Shown here one piece after another: positions 42,087-52,136 of a stretch of 64,000 nucleotides of DNA. The notes beneath the pieces were generated by a model that was not told the DNA's origin, did no database searches, and was given only the letters and a program-made list of their open reading frames with translations. The stretch is from Candidatus Methylacidiphilales bacterium (GTDB lineage Bacteria > Verrucomicrobiota > Verrucomicrobiia > Methylacidiphilales > JBCBYL01). The first letter of the stretch is position 1; the number at the start of each line of letters is the position of its first letter. Both the position numbers and the translations under genes were made by a program. The stretch lies in NCBI GenBank assembly GCA_050329585.1, contig JBHJOR010000046.1, positions 6,658-70,657 on the forward strand. The letters run 5' to 3'.

Positions 42087-42840
42087 GGGATGAAAACCTC
42101 CGTTTAAGTCGTAACACGGTCAGTGCCATGCGGAAACTATCACGCACGAGTCGGACCTTGCTACCAGGTGTGTCATGCCAATCAATCGGCATTTCCCGCA
42201 CCGGGCAGGCTTCATGAAAAAGAAGTAATAAAAGTTCCAAGTCGAATGCAAAGCCGTTTTCCCGGCATTGGGGAAGTATCTTACGCACCCTATTTGCGGG
42301 CAGAAGCTTGAATCCGCACTGGGAATCATAAACGGGAATTTTCAGGAGGTTACCGATCATGGTGGCGTAGAGACGTCCGATGTAGTGGCGTCGTTCGGAT
42401 CGAGTTATGGAGCGGCCCAACATGCGGATGCGCGAGGCGAACCATGCCGTATCAGGAGCACGTTCCATTCGTCGAGCCATTCGCACCACTTCGGGGGCCG
42501 GGATGCTGCCGTCGGCATCGAGGAATCCCAAGACCTCACAGTCCGGAGCCTGATGCCATCCTGCATAGACCGCGCCACCCTTACCTAGGTTTTCTTGCAG
42601 CCAGCATGTCTCCAGAAGAAGATGCGGATAATGAGCCCTTAAATTTTTGAGTTCCGATCGTAGAAGGTGGCGATCCGGTTCGCCTGAGCCATCATCCACT
42701 ACCCGAACGGTGAATTCCAGTCCACTATGGTTCAACTCCGGTAGCAGCCGCTCCAAATAAAAGGGCAGGCGTTCACTTTCACGGAAAGCGGGAATAACCA
42801 GGTGGACGTGCATCGTCCAAGTCTTCTGGAAGGCCTTCAT
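42079..42840 (-). CDS. family 2 glycosyltransferase (dolichyl/polyprenyl-phosphate beta-glycosyltransferase-like)
   Basis: Carries VIPAFRESERL, VVDDGSGEPD, FLDADGS and DSQCGFK, the ALG5/GtrB-type signature. It overlaps the next gene by 8 nt. Confidence 0.85.
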   Translation of the reverse strand: MKAFQKTWTMHVHLVIPAFRESERLPFYLERLLPELNHSGLEFTVRVVDDGSGEPDRHLLRSELKNLRAHYPHLLLETCWLQENLGKGGAVYAGWHQAPDCEVLGFLDADGSIPAPEVVRMARRMERAPDTAWFASRIRMLGRSITRSERRHYIGRLYATMIGNLLKIPVYDSQCGFKLLPANRVRKILPQCRENGFAFDLELLLLLFHEACPVREMPIDWHDTPGSKVRLVRDSFRMALTVLRLKRRFSSHA

Positions 42841-42928
42841 CAGGGGAAGGAAAAAAGGAGTCTGAGGTTTTTAGGTGCGTGGTTTTTGGCTGTGCAGCAG
42901 GACGGCTGTGGACTACGTTGACGGCGGT

Positions 42929-44506
42929 ATGATCGATGCATCCCATGACCCACGCCTGCGCTGGTTACTTCCTCCATTTGTTTTATTTTTATTTTTGGGT
43001 CATCTACTGCTGATGCTGTTGCGGCCCGAATATCCCTTAGGTGATCCCGGCACGCCTTGGCATTTCAAGTGGGGACAAATGCTGGTCGAAGGAAAATCCC
43101 TGCCATCGGGTGATCCCTTTTCTCATACCATGACCGATGCGCCTTGGGTCAATTATCAGTGGTTGTTTCAGGTGTTCACCGGCTTGACCCAGTGGGTCGG
43201 AGGCATCCCTCTCACCACAGCGGTGATGGTTTCTCTCTATGCGCTGGTGCCCGTTTTACTCTACCAACGCATGCTGCGGGAAGGTATTCATCTTGGTGTG
43301 GCATTCCCCTTGGCGGGTTTGGCCTGGTTTGTCATGACCATGCATGCGCTGGTGCGGCCTCACACATTCACCTATCTTTTTTTCGCCCTGCTGATCGAAC
43401 GTCTTTACCGTGTCTTTGACGGGGAAGTGAGCTGGAACAAGACGTGGTGGATCCCGCTGATGTTCCTGTTTTGGGCCAACCTGCACGGTGGGTTCAGTGT
43501 TGGACTGATGACGATGGGACTGGTTGGTGCGGTGGGCATGACCCGTTGGTTATGGATGCGATGGCGGCACGGAAGTGGCAGTCCAAGTGACCTCGCGGGT
43601 AAGCAGGTGGTGACGCATCTTTTTTATCTCGGACTGGCGTGCGGTTTGGTCACGCTGATCAATCCCTACGGCATCGGACTGCATTTCCATATCCTTTCCT
43701 TTCTTAAACTGGACATCCTGGCACGTTGGCAAGAATTCAACTCGCCCGACTTTTATTCCCCTTCAGGAAATATCCGCGCATTTGAATGGATGATACTCGG
43801 TATCATGGTGGTGTTTTTCTGTCGGGGCAGTTCGGAACGATTGAAGCCTCTGGATCTTATTTTATGCCTCTTTTTTCTGCACTTCGCTCTTCAGTCCAAC
43901 CGGCACATTATGCTGTTTGTGATTGTGGCCACGCCCGTGCTGGCCCGGGGCATTGACGCATGGCTGTCCCGGCTTCCATCTAACGTGTTCATACGTCGGG
44001 GCTATGAAATGACACGGGACCAGGCTGAATTACGAAGCGGATGGGTTTACATTCCGCTGGTTATGCTTGCCTATGCCGGAATCAGCCTTTCGCCATTACC
44101 CGTTTTTGAAAAAGAGTTCTACGGGCAGCATCTCAGCCGTGAAACCGCCGACCTGATCCGCTCTCATCCGGATCGATTCAGGCGCATGTTCAATACCGAC
44201 AATGTGGGTGGCGCGCTCATTTACTACTTCGGGCCTGAAATCAAAGTCTTTGCCGACGACCGCGCCGACTTTTATTGGCAGGAGTTTTTTGAGAATGAAT
44301 ACTTCAAAGTTCGTTTTGTGCAAGAAGGCTGGCAGGAAGTGCTCAACCGCTATGGCGTAGACAGCATAGTGCTCAATAAAAAGCACCCGCTTCGCGTGGT
44401 TTTGACCGAGGTGCCACACTGGCATTTGGTGCATGAAGATAAATTGAACGCTGTGTATTGGCGCGTCTTGCCGGATGAAACGAGACAATCCCTTCCAGCA
44501 CCCTGA
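42929..44506 (+). CDS. large polytopic membrane protein, possible GT-C-type glycosyltransferase
   Basis: About 12 TM helices. An Asp-containing first periplasmic loop (PLGDPGTPWHFKWG...GDPFSHT) and a soluble C-terminal domain are present. The function is inferred only. The ORF opens with GTG at 42875; the ATG is at 42929. Confidence 0.45.
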   Translation: MIDASHDPRLRWLLPPFVLFLFLGHLLLMLLRPEYPLGDPGTPWHFKWGQMLVEGKSLPSGDPFSHTMTDAPWVNYQWLFQVFTGLTQWVGGIPLTTAVMVSLYALVPVLLYQRMLREGIHLGVAFPLAGLAWFVMTMHALVRPHTFTYLFFALLIERLYRVFDGEVSWNKTWWIPLMFLFWANLHGGFSVGLMTMGLVGAVGMTRWLWMRWRHGSGSPSDLAGKQVVTHLFYLGLACGLVTLINPYGIGLHFHILSFLKLDILARWQEFNSPDFYSPSGNIRAFEWMILGIMVVFFCRGSSERLKPLDLILCLFFLHFALQSNRHIMLFVIVATPVLARGIDAWLSRLPSNVFIRRGYEMTRDQAELRSGWVYIPLVMLAYAGISLSPLPVFEKEFYGQHLSRETADLIRSHPDRFRRMFNTDNVGGALIYYFGPEIKVFADDRADFYWQEFFENEYFKVRFVQEGWQEVLNRYGVDSIVLNKKHPLRVVLTEVPHWHLVHEDKLNAVYWRVLPDETRQSLPAP

Positions 44507-44507
44507 G

Positions 44508-46082
44508 ATGTCAGGATCCGCTCACACCTTGGCTTGGATCCGCGCAAGTTGGTGGATTGTTCTCGCTGCCCATATCTTGTTAGTCTGGTGGGCACCCTAT
44601 TGGATTACCCAAGATGGCTCCGCCCACCTCTATACCGCCTCGGTGGTGTGGCAGCTTTTTTTTGAAAACGCGCCCCAACTAGACGCTTGGTTTGTTATCA
44701 ATTCTCCACTGAATCCGACGTGGGGCGTCACGGCTCTCTTGGCCATTACGTCCGCCTTTGTCGGCCCCGCAGCGGCGGAGAAGCTGCTAGTCAGTTTGAT
44801 CATTCTACTCACAGCTATCGCTTTCCGCAGGGTTCTGGGGGCTTTGGGTGTTCGATCACCCGCCGCCACCTGGTTGATTTTCCCCTTCCTTTTCAATCAC
44901 CTTTTGTGGATGGGGCTCTACGGCTTTCTGCTCTCCACAGCGGGAACCCTCTGGCTTGGCGGCTGGCTCTACGATCATTGGCGCACCTTATCCTGGAGAC
45001 AATCGGCACTGCTGGCACTTTTCTTTCTGGCTTTGTATTTTGTTCACCCGCTTCCAGCGGCTCTGTTGGGTGCGGGAGGATTGGTAGGTATCGCATGGAT
45101 CCAATGGCGCGAGCAGGCCGGATCATTCCATTTACTAAGAATAATGGGTGGTTCGTGGTGGAAGCTGGCGCTGTCGGGATTCCCTTCAGGGATCTGTTTT
45201 GCCCTTTACTTGGTGGGTGCTGAACCCGGTCAGGGGATGGCGATGGGTCGTGGTCTGAGCGCGGTAATCGACGATGTCATCACGGTCAGCGTGCTGGTTC
45301 CTTTTTCAAAAACACCACAATGGTGGAGCACTCTACTGATGGCAGCCATGACCATCTTTTCTCTCAGAGTGTTGTTGTTGCGTCTGCGTTCTGTAATGCG
45401 TTGGGAGGGTGGCGATGGATTGTTGATCCTCATGGTTTGTTTGCTTTTTCTGATGTCATGGATTCCCGAGGGGGTCACCGATGGGACGCTGGTTTCGTAC
45501 CGGTTGGTGTTCTTTTTTTGGCTGGCATGGCTGCTCTGGTGCGGGGTGTGGATGAATCGTCATCCGCATCAGCCTATGGCCCGGCTTTTGCCGGTGGCGG
45601 CAGTCATGGCGTTGGTTATGCAGACGGTGGCAACGGTTCAACATCTGCGCGAAATTCAACCCTTCATTCGAGCTGTGGAGGAGATTTCCAAACATATTCC
45701 GGATCACGCGATGGTGTGGCCGGTGGTGCATAACCCGCAGGGCCGTCGACCGGATGGCACGATGTTAAGCCCTCGTAATCCCTATTTCGTCCATTTGGGC
45801 CTTCGCTTCCTCTCGGGAAGACGTGATGTGGCGGCACTGAATGCATATCAAGCGGAGGTCGATCATTTTCCACTTCGTTTTCGTTTTCCAAACCAACACC
45901 GCTACTTCCGCGACGGTTATGATGAAAAGCCCGGGACTTATGTCATCGCAGAAAAACCCGCCGAAGCGTGGGTGTTGACGGCAGGATCAGATGAAGTAAT
46001 CCATAGTTCTATCACCTCGCGCAACACGGAGTTTGGTGTGGTAGGCCTGGCTCCCGTGACTGCGTTGCGGCAAGTGGATTAA
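44508..46082 (+). CDS. large polytopic membrane protein, possible GT-C-type glycosyltransferase
   Basis: The first loop YWITQDGSAHLY has a D-x-x-x-H pattern common in GT-C enzymes. About 11 TM helices and a C-terminal soluble domain. The start is 2 nt after the upstream stop (alternative ATG at 44475). Confidence 0.45.
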   Translation: MSGSAHTLAWIRASWWIVLAAHILLVWWAPYWITQDGSAHLYTASVVWQLFFENAPQLDAWFVINSPLNPTWGVTALLAITSAFVGPAAAEKLLVSLIILLTAIAFRRVLGALGVRSPAATWLIFPFLFNHLLWMGLYGFLLSTAGTLWLGGWLYDHWRTLSWRQSALLALFFLALYFVHPLPAALLGAGGLVGIAWIQWREQAGSFHLLRIMGGSWWKLALSGFPSGICFALYLVGAEPGQGMAMGRGLSAVIDDVITVSVLVPFSKTPQWWSTLLMAAMTIFSLRVLLLRLRSVMRWEGGDGLLILMVCLLFLMSWIPEGVTDGTLVSYRLVFFFWLAWLLWCGVWMNRHPHQPMARLLPVAAVMALVMQTVATVQHLREIQPFIRAVEEISKHIPDHAMVWPVVHNPQGRRPDGTMLSPRNPYFVHLGLRFLSGRRDVAALNAYQAEVDHFPLRFRFPNQHRYFRDGYDEKPGTYVIAEKPAEAWVLTAGSDEVIHSSITSRNTEFGVVGLAPVTALRQVD

Positions 46083-46121
46083 GGGATGGTCATTTTCGAT
46101 CGATGAAAATAAAATTTCAGA

Positions 46122-46976
46122 ATGAAGCCTGTTCTCTGTTTCGGTGAAGTGTTGTGGGATTGTCTTCCTGCCGGTTTATTTTTAGGCGGTGCTCCGATCA
46201 ATGTGGCCTACCATCTCCATCGTCTGGGAACAGCCGTCCTTCCGGTTACCGCAGTGGGAGACGATTTTTTAGGGGGGGAAATATGCCGCCGTTTGGACAC
46301 ATGGAAAATGGATGTGCGTGGCATTCATGTGGCTCCCGGACTGCCCACAGGGGTGGTGATAGCGTCGTTGGACGAAGGCGGATCCGCTGCCTATACAATT
46401 CCTGGGGACTCCGCATGGGATCACATTGAGCTGACCCAACAGGTTCAAAAAAGTGCCCCTGATGCAGCCGCGATTGTTTTCGGTTCACTGGCATTGCGTG
46501 GTGAAAACAACCGATGGGTGTTGGAGGCGCTACGCGGTTCTGCCCCAGATGCGTTGATCGTTTTGGATGTCAATTTTCGTCCACCACACGACGACCTCCA
46601 GTTGGCATTCACTTTAATGCGCAGCATGTCGAGTCATCGCGCACTGGTCAAAGTGAACCACCATGAAGCCGCCCGTTTATCGGGTGGCGGTTCTGCAGAT
46701 TATGAAACCAATGCCCGCTGGATCAGCCATGAAACCGGAGTAAATTCAGTTTGTGTTACCGCTGGAGCCGAAGGAGCAGGATTATGGTATCAAGAAGCGT
46801 GGCACTGGGAAAAGGCACGGCCGGTTCATGTGGTGGACACGGTGGGTGCGGGCGATGCATTTCTGGCCGCCTTGTTACATGGACTATTGAGAGAACCGCA
46901 CCGCCCCATGGAGCACTTGGCGGCAGCGTGTCGTTCAGGCGAGCGGGTGGCGGGTCTTCCCGGTGCCCAATGCTAA
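46122..46976 (+). CDS. PfkB-family sugar kinase (fructokinase-like)
   Basis: Has the DTVGAGDAFLAALL motif and an N-terminal GEVLWD sugar-binding region. Confidence 0.8.
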   Translation: MKPVLCFGEVLWDCLPAGLFLGGAPINVAYHLHRLGTAVLPVTAVGDDFLGGEICRRLDTWKMDVRGIHVAPGLPTGVVIASLDEGGSAAYTIPGDSAWDHIELTQQVQKSAPDAAAIVFGSLALRGENNRWVLEALRGSAPDALIVLDVNFRPPHDDLQLAFTLMRSMSSHRALVKVNHHEAARLSGGGSADYETNARWISHETGVNSVCVTAGAEGAGLWYQEAWHWEKARPVHVVDTVGAGDAFLAALLHGLLREPHRPMEHLAAACRSGERVAGLPGAQC

Positions 46977-47055
46977 GCAACAATACGTTTCACGCTTCCT
47001 AACATCCATTCGGCCCAGACTTGCACAGGAGGCTCTAAGCACTTAGTTTGCGTTC

Positions 47056-48096
47056 GTGAATATTCCGGGTGCTGAACAAATTTTTGAGCTGGCGGATGAA
47101 AGCTTCCAGGTTTTTATTTCATGCCTTCCCGAGCCGTTGCGCGAAGATATCAATGCCCGGAGCGTTTTTCGCTGGAGCTATGCCGGTCAAGAACTGATCC
47201 GTCAGAACACCGCATCCGAAGCGGTCTACATTATTGAGGAAGGTGTGGTAGAAGTAGCAGTCGAAACTCAGGACTCCAAAGTAACCCATCCTCTGGCTTA
47301 TCTGGGGCGCGGCGATATCATTGGAGAATTAGGGGTTATCAACGGTGAGGTGCGCGGTGCCATGGTGCGCGCTTCCTCAGATGTGTATTATCGAGTCATC
47401 GAAGCCGCCGATTTCAAGGATCTGATGTGCCGTATCCCCGGTTTTGCCGCGTTCATCGCCAGTCGGCTTGCACGACGGCTGGCTCAAACCAACACCAACA
47501 TGGCGTTCAACTCCATCTGTATGGACCTGAGCGGCAAGCTGCCCAACTTTGATCTGATGGGTGTTTTTTACACGGTCTCATCGAGTGGTGTCAGTGGGGA
47601 GCTCAAAATCGTGGACGCCGCTAAAGACCGTATCGGTAGTTTTTACTTTGAATCGGGAAAGCCGATTCATGGGCGGTTCCGCCACCTTCAGGGCATCGAG
47701 GCATTCCGCCAAATTTTTTCCGAACATCAAATGGAGGGAGCCTTTTCTTTCCGTCGCAGCAACGTTCCCAGCCACCCCATGGATGCGGGGTTTATTCTGA
47801 ATTTATCCCTAGAAGACATGATGATGGAAGGCGCGGTATTGCGTGACGAGATCACCTCCATGGCACCACACTGGAGAAATCTTGAGGGACGCATCGTACT
47901 GCGCAAAGCATTTTCAGGAAACTTGGATCCATCTCGCGCTGAATGCGCCCGGCGTATCGCCGCCATTTGTGAAGGATCTGGCGATCAAGGAAAGCCTTTG
48001 CGCGAAATCTGGATACGCTCGGGCATCTCTCTGGTTCCCTTTGCGCGGGACTGTGCGCTGCTGGTGCGCGCCGGTTTTATAGAGCTTCTCCCATAA
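47056..48096 (+). CDS. cyclic-nucleotide-binding domain protein with a C-terminal DUF4388 (PATAN-like) domain
   Basis: GRGDIIGELGVINGEVRGAMVRA is a CNB phosphate-binding cassette. DLSGKLPNFDLMGVFYTVSSSGVSGELKIVD...FYFESGKPIH...GIEAFRQIF...GAFSF fits the DUF4388 pattern. GTG start. Confidence 0.75.
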   Translation: MNIPGAEQIFELADESFQVFISCLPEPLREDINARSVFRWSYAGQELIRQNTASEAVYIIEEGVVEVAVETQDSKVTHPLAYLGRGDIIGELGVINGEVRGAMVRASSDVYYRVIEAADFKDLMCRIPGFAAFIASRLARRLAQTNTNMAFNSICMDLSGKLPNFDLMGVFYTVSSSGVSGELKIVDAAKDRIGSFYFESGKPIHGRFRHLQGIEAFRQIFSEHQMEGAFSFRRSNVPSHPMDAGFILNLSLEDMMMEGAVLRDEITSMAPHWRNLEGRIVLRKAFSGNLDPSRAECARRIAAICEGSGDQGKPLREIWIRSGISLVPFARDCALLVRAGFIELLP

Positions 48097-48495
<399 letters not shown>

Positions 48496-48547
48496 CTTTC
48501 TACTCGGGCGGAGATTAGTCCTCCATACAGGCCGATCTCACTTCGGT

Positions 48548-49519
48548 CTAATCATAAAGCCTATCCATGCGCTGGCGTTCCATTTCCTGCATACGCTCAG
48601 TTCTCTGGATCGCCTCGATCCGTTGCTTTTCCTGCTCTTCAGAAAGCTTAAACATATTTTTGACCTGAGATTCATCAGGAACCACTCGAGGATTCAGAAA
48701 CAAGTGTACTCGACGACGGATTCCATCGTTGTCTTGATGAAAGTCAGGCCGGAAAATAAACAGCTGATTGGGTAGTGGATTAGCCGGCTGATAACGTAGA
48801 TCGGGTAGGAATTGTATATTGGGATAACTGAGCGGCTCGGCAGGGTCTCCACCTAAAACTTCAGGCCCTGGACCGGGGCGTTCGATTTCACGGTAACTGG
48901 ATAAGATATGATCGGCCGGAACCGCCTCGCCCAATAGCCGTTCGGCGGTTGCAACGTCCTCAAAATCCCCTGCCTTTAATGGGGAAGCCAGTTTATCTTT
49001 CCGGATGAAATTCCACTCCGCCGGATCGCCATAACGATCGGCTTCCCGTTCTGTCGGGTTGCCGAATCGATCCAACGGCCCCGGTCGCCAGCCGATGTAT
49101 TCACCACTTTGTAACCACTCGACGGCGGATGGAAGCCACATGATCCGGGGCACCCACGTCCACTTTTTTTCCGGGTGAAGGCGGCGGGTCCAATACCCAT
49201 AGTGATCCACCGCCCACGAAGCCGCGTGGGTTCCCTGCCACGTCCATCCGTAGTCGGAGTAGATCCAACGGCCTTGGCGATAAGGTTGAGCCAGCTCCGC
49301 AGCTTTGGATGGATCCGGTAAAAAATAATAATCTTCTTTTCCTTCCTGCACTGGCAGCCATGTGCCGGTTTCCCGTAGGGCCTCAATGACCAAGTCGAAA
49401 TCCACCACCGGTTTGCGGGTGTATTCAGAACGGGCCTGCAACTGCAGGGGCCATGCACAGAGAAGAACGAGGAACAATCTCATACCTTCATCAATGGCAT
49501 GCTTTACCCGAATTGGCAA
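48548..49519 (-). CDS. hypothetical exported protein (Trp-rich N-terminal region, charged coiled C-terminus)
   Basis: Signal-like MRLFLVLLCAWPLQLQA (alternative start at 49483) and YGWTW/WTWVP/WLPSAVEW Trp-rich motifs. No confident family. Confidence 0.5.
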   Translation of the reverse strand: MPIRVKHAIDEGMRLFLVLLCAWPLQLQARSEYTRKPVVDFDLVIEALRETGTWLPVQEGKEDYYFLPDPSKAAELAQPYRQGRWIYSDYGWTWQGTHAASWAVDHYGYWTRRLHPEKKWTWVPRIMWLPSAVEWLQSGEYIGWRPGPLDRFGNPTEREADRYGDPAEWNFIRKDKLASPLKAGDFEDVATAERLLGEAVPADHILSSYREIERPGPGPEVLGGDPAEPLSYPNIQFLPDLRYQPANPLPNQLFIFRPDFHQDNDGIRRRVHLFLNPRVVPDESQVKNMFKLSEEQEKQRIEAIQRTERMQEMERQRMDRLYD

Positions 49520-49549
49520 TGACCGAGCGGATTTTGCCTCCGGTCTCCT

Positions 49550-50158
49550 TTACGGACGTGCTTTTTTTAACTTGGGTAGTGCGATGTTTTGCACGTAGCG
49601 GTCCTGGGGGTTGCGCTGAACGTAATCCTGATGGTATTCCTCCGCCGGATAGAATGTTTCGAGGGGCTTAATTAGTGTAGCCAAAGGCTTGCCTAACCTT
49701 GCTGCTTCGGCCTCCGCGGAGGCCCGCGCCAGCTTTTCCTGCTCCGCACCCTGAAAAAAAAGCACACTGCGATAGTGCGGGCCGAAATCAGGCCACACCC
49801 CACGTGGATCGGTGGGATCATGTATTTTCCAGAAGGTTTCGAGTAATGTTTCGGTGCTCACTTTTTGAGGGTCAAACGTGATGCGCACCACCTCGATGTG
49901 GCCGCTGCGGCCCGAACTGACCTTCTGATAATTGGCATCATCTTCCGCACCTCCCGCGTAACCGGACACCACGTCCAGCACACCGGGAAGTTCTTCAAAA
50001 ACCGCTTCCACACACCAGAAACACCCGGCTCCAAGCACCCATTGAGCGGAGGTAGCATTTTCTTTTTCAGAAGGAGCTTCAACGGCCAATACCACGTTGG
50101 CGATGACGATCAGCAGGGCAAAGCTGGCGATGTTGGTAAAAGGGAGAGCAGACTTCAT
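49550..50158 (-). CDS. msrA: peptide-methionine (S)-S-oxide reductase, with an N-terminal anchor/signal
   Basis: GAGCFWCVEAVF active-site motif and the GYAGG and HDPT motifs. Confidence 0.92.
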   Translation of the reverse strand: MKSALPFTNIASFALLIVIANVVLAVEAPSEKENATSAQWVLGAGCFWCVEAVFEELPGVLDVVSGYAGGAEDDANYQKVSSGRSGHIEVVRITFDPQKVSTETLLETFWKIHDPTDPRGVWPDFGPHYRSVLFFQGAEQEKLARASAEAEAARLGKPLATLIKPLETFYPAEEYHQDYVQRNPQDRYVQNIALPKLKKARP

Positions 50159-50198
50159 AGTGCTGGATGTGGGACTTGGCTCAATATAACCTTATTCC

Positions 50199-50723
50199 AT
50201 GTTACGCGAAACTTTTTCGGTGCGGGCTTTGGATCCTCCAACAGAATCGGTCTTTTTTTTGGAAGAATCACGCCTGCAACAAGCCATCGTCGCATCCCGC
50301 CAGAACGCACGGGGCCGTATCATGCTGCCGATACAGCGCTCCGAATCCGCCCCGGTACAACGCTTGCTCAACATCATGCAGCCCGGTTCCTACGTCCCGC
50401 CGCACCGTCACCCGCGTCCGCAGTCGATTGAACTGGCTCTGGTTTTACGTGGTGCTTTGCAAGTATGGGTTTTCGACGATGCCGGAGTGGTGACACACTC
50501 GAGGTTATTGCGTCCCGGATCCGAACCCGCGCTGGTGGACATGGAACCAAACGTCTGGCATACTTTCGCCGCGCAGGAGCAGGATACGGTGCTTCTCGAA
50601 ATCAAGGGTGGGCCGTATGATGCGGAACACGACAAGGTCTTTGCTCCTTGGGCCCCGCGCGAGGGCGACCCCGCAGCTCCTGCCTACTTGCAGAGCCTCA
50701 TGGATACCTTGGTAAAGGCCTGA
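50199..50723 (+). CDS. cupin-fold metalloprotein, WbuC-like
   Basis: LNIMQPGSYVPPHRHP...WH resembles the WbuC-family cupin motif. This is recollection only. Confidence 0.5.
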   Translation: MLRETFSVRALDPPTESVFFLEESRLQQAIVASRQNARGRIMLPIQRSESAPVQRLLNIMQPGSYVPPHRHPRPQSIELALVLRGALQVWVFDDAGVVTHSRLLRPGSEPALVDMEPNVWHTFAAQEQDTVLLEIKGGPYDAEHDKVFAPWAPREGDPAAPAYLQSLMDTLVKA

Positions 50724-50743
50724 GGGGCTCAGACTCTAAGTTT

Positions 50744-52102
50744 TTAAGGCCACAGGGATTTTTTGAAAAGGCGCGGAATGGCACGGGCTGGCGTCCTGGC
50801 CACCAGTTCCTTAATAAAAGCCTGGTGACCCATGGCCGCCGGCTCTTCCACTCGGCCCAACAATGCCGCAGCCGCTATGGTGCATAAAAAAACGCCCAGA
50901 TACAGCACGCTGAAGGCATTGATTTCGACTCCGCCCCAACGCGCATCCAACGTCTCCAAGACGTCCGCCGCCAATCCCCAACACACCGGTGCGATGCCCG
51001 CCACCAGACTCGTCACCACACTGAACAAGGCGAAAAAATGACTCATCCCCATTCGTGGCACAATGCCCATCACCAAACGTGTATTGGCCACGTTAAATAA
51101 GGATAAACAGATGCCCCACGTCACTTGTTGGAATGCTATCGACAACGGATGAAAGGGCAAGACTCCCGCCGCGATCAATCCCCAACCGCCAAAATGCAGC
51201 AATTGAAAAAACATCGACAGGCCCAGCACCGGTTTATTGCCCGCCCACTCACTCATTTTGCCCATGCCTAACAGGCTGATCACAAAAACCAGACTCCACG
51301 CCCCGTTCAAAATCATGAACATGGAATCACTCACTTCAAAACGGTCGCGCAACATCGGAATCACGATCACACCGTTGCCCGCCCAGCCAACTAACATCAC
51401 ACCATTAAACCAAAGCAGCTTCGTGAACGGCTGGTAGCCCAGCATCCGCTTCCAAGGAACCGGTTCCTTGCTGGTCGAGCTGTTGCGGTCCACTTCCACA
51501 TCAGGCATGTGTCTCAGAAAATACAGACTGATCAGTGCCGCGAGGTAAGAGACCGCAAAAAGGAGCGCAAACCCCACCGGTCCCGATTGCCAGCGCAGCA
51601 GCAGTGCCGATCCTATCGATGCCGTTACGATCGCTCCGTAGGCGGCGATTTGATCCCATTTCAAAAAACGTGCCCGGCATGATTCCGGCACCAACTGGGT
51701 CATCCACGGCATGAACCCGCAGGCAGACATGCCGCGGCTGAGATTATAACAAAACAACATCGCCAGCATCAGCATCATTTTCGTGGCGGAATCAATGGAA
51801 TCGGGAAACAGCGGCACCATCAACGCACCCAGCACAAAAAAGCTTCGGATAAACCAACCCCGTAAGACAAAAGATCGGTAGCCGACCACTTCCACATACT
51901 TGGCCATGGGGATCTGCAAAATGTTGAGTAAGGGAGTCATGGCGGTTACAATACCCAACACAGTGACACTCGCGCCGAGACTTTTAAAATAAAGCAGCAC
52001 TGGAGTTCCTAAAAAAATGGAAAACGAACAGGCATTAAACATCTGAAAGATGTAGGCATTGCGGATGCCGGGAGGCATCGGCTCTTCCGAAGCAGCTTTC
52101 AT
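50744..52102 (-). CDS. MFS transporter
   Basis: About 12 TM helices in two six-helix halves. The internal ATG at 52102 (MKAASEE) avoids overlap with crcB. Confidence 0.75.
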   Translation of the reverse strand: MKAASEEPMPPGIRNAYIFQMFNACSFSIFLGTPVLLYFKSLGASVTVLGIVTAMTPLLNILQIPMAKYVEVVGYRSFVLRGWFIRSFFVLGALMVPLFPDSIDSATKMMLMLAMLFCYNLSRGMSACGFMPWMTQLVPESCRARFLKWDQIAAYGAIVTASIGSALLLRWQSGPVGFALLFAVSYLAALISLYFLRHMPDVEVDRNSSTSKEPVPWKRMLGYQPFTKLLWFNGVMLVGWAGNGVIVIPMLRDRFEVSDSMFMILNGAWSLVFVISLLGMGKMSEWAGNKPVLGLSMFFQLLHFGGWGLIAAGVLPFHPLSIAFQQVTWGICLSLFNVANTRLVMGIVPRMGMSHFFALFSVVTSLVAGIAPVCWGLAADVLETLDARWGGVEINAFSVLYLGVFLCTIAAAALLGRVEEPAAMGHQAFIKELVARTPARAIPRLFKKSLWP

Positions 52103-52136
52103 TGGATTTAGTGTTTTGCGGGGTTTTCCGGCTTCC

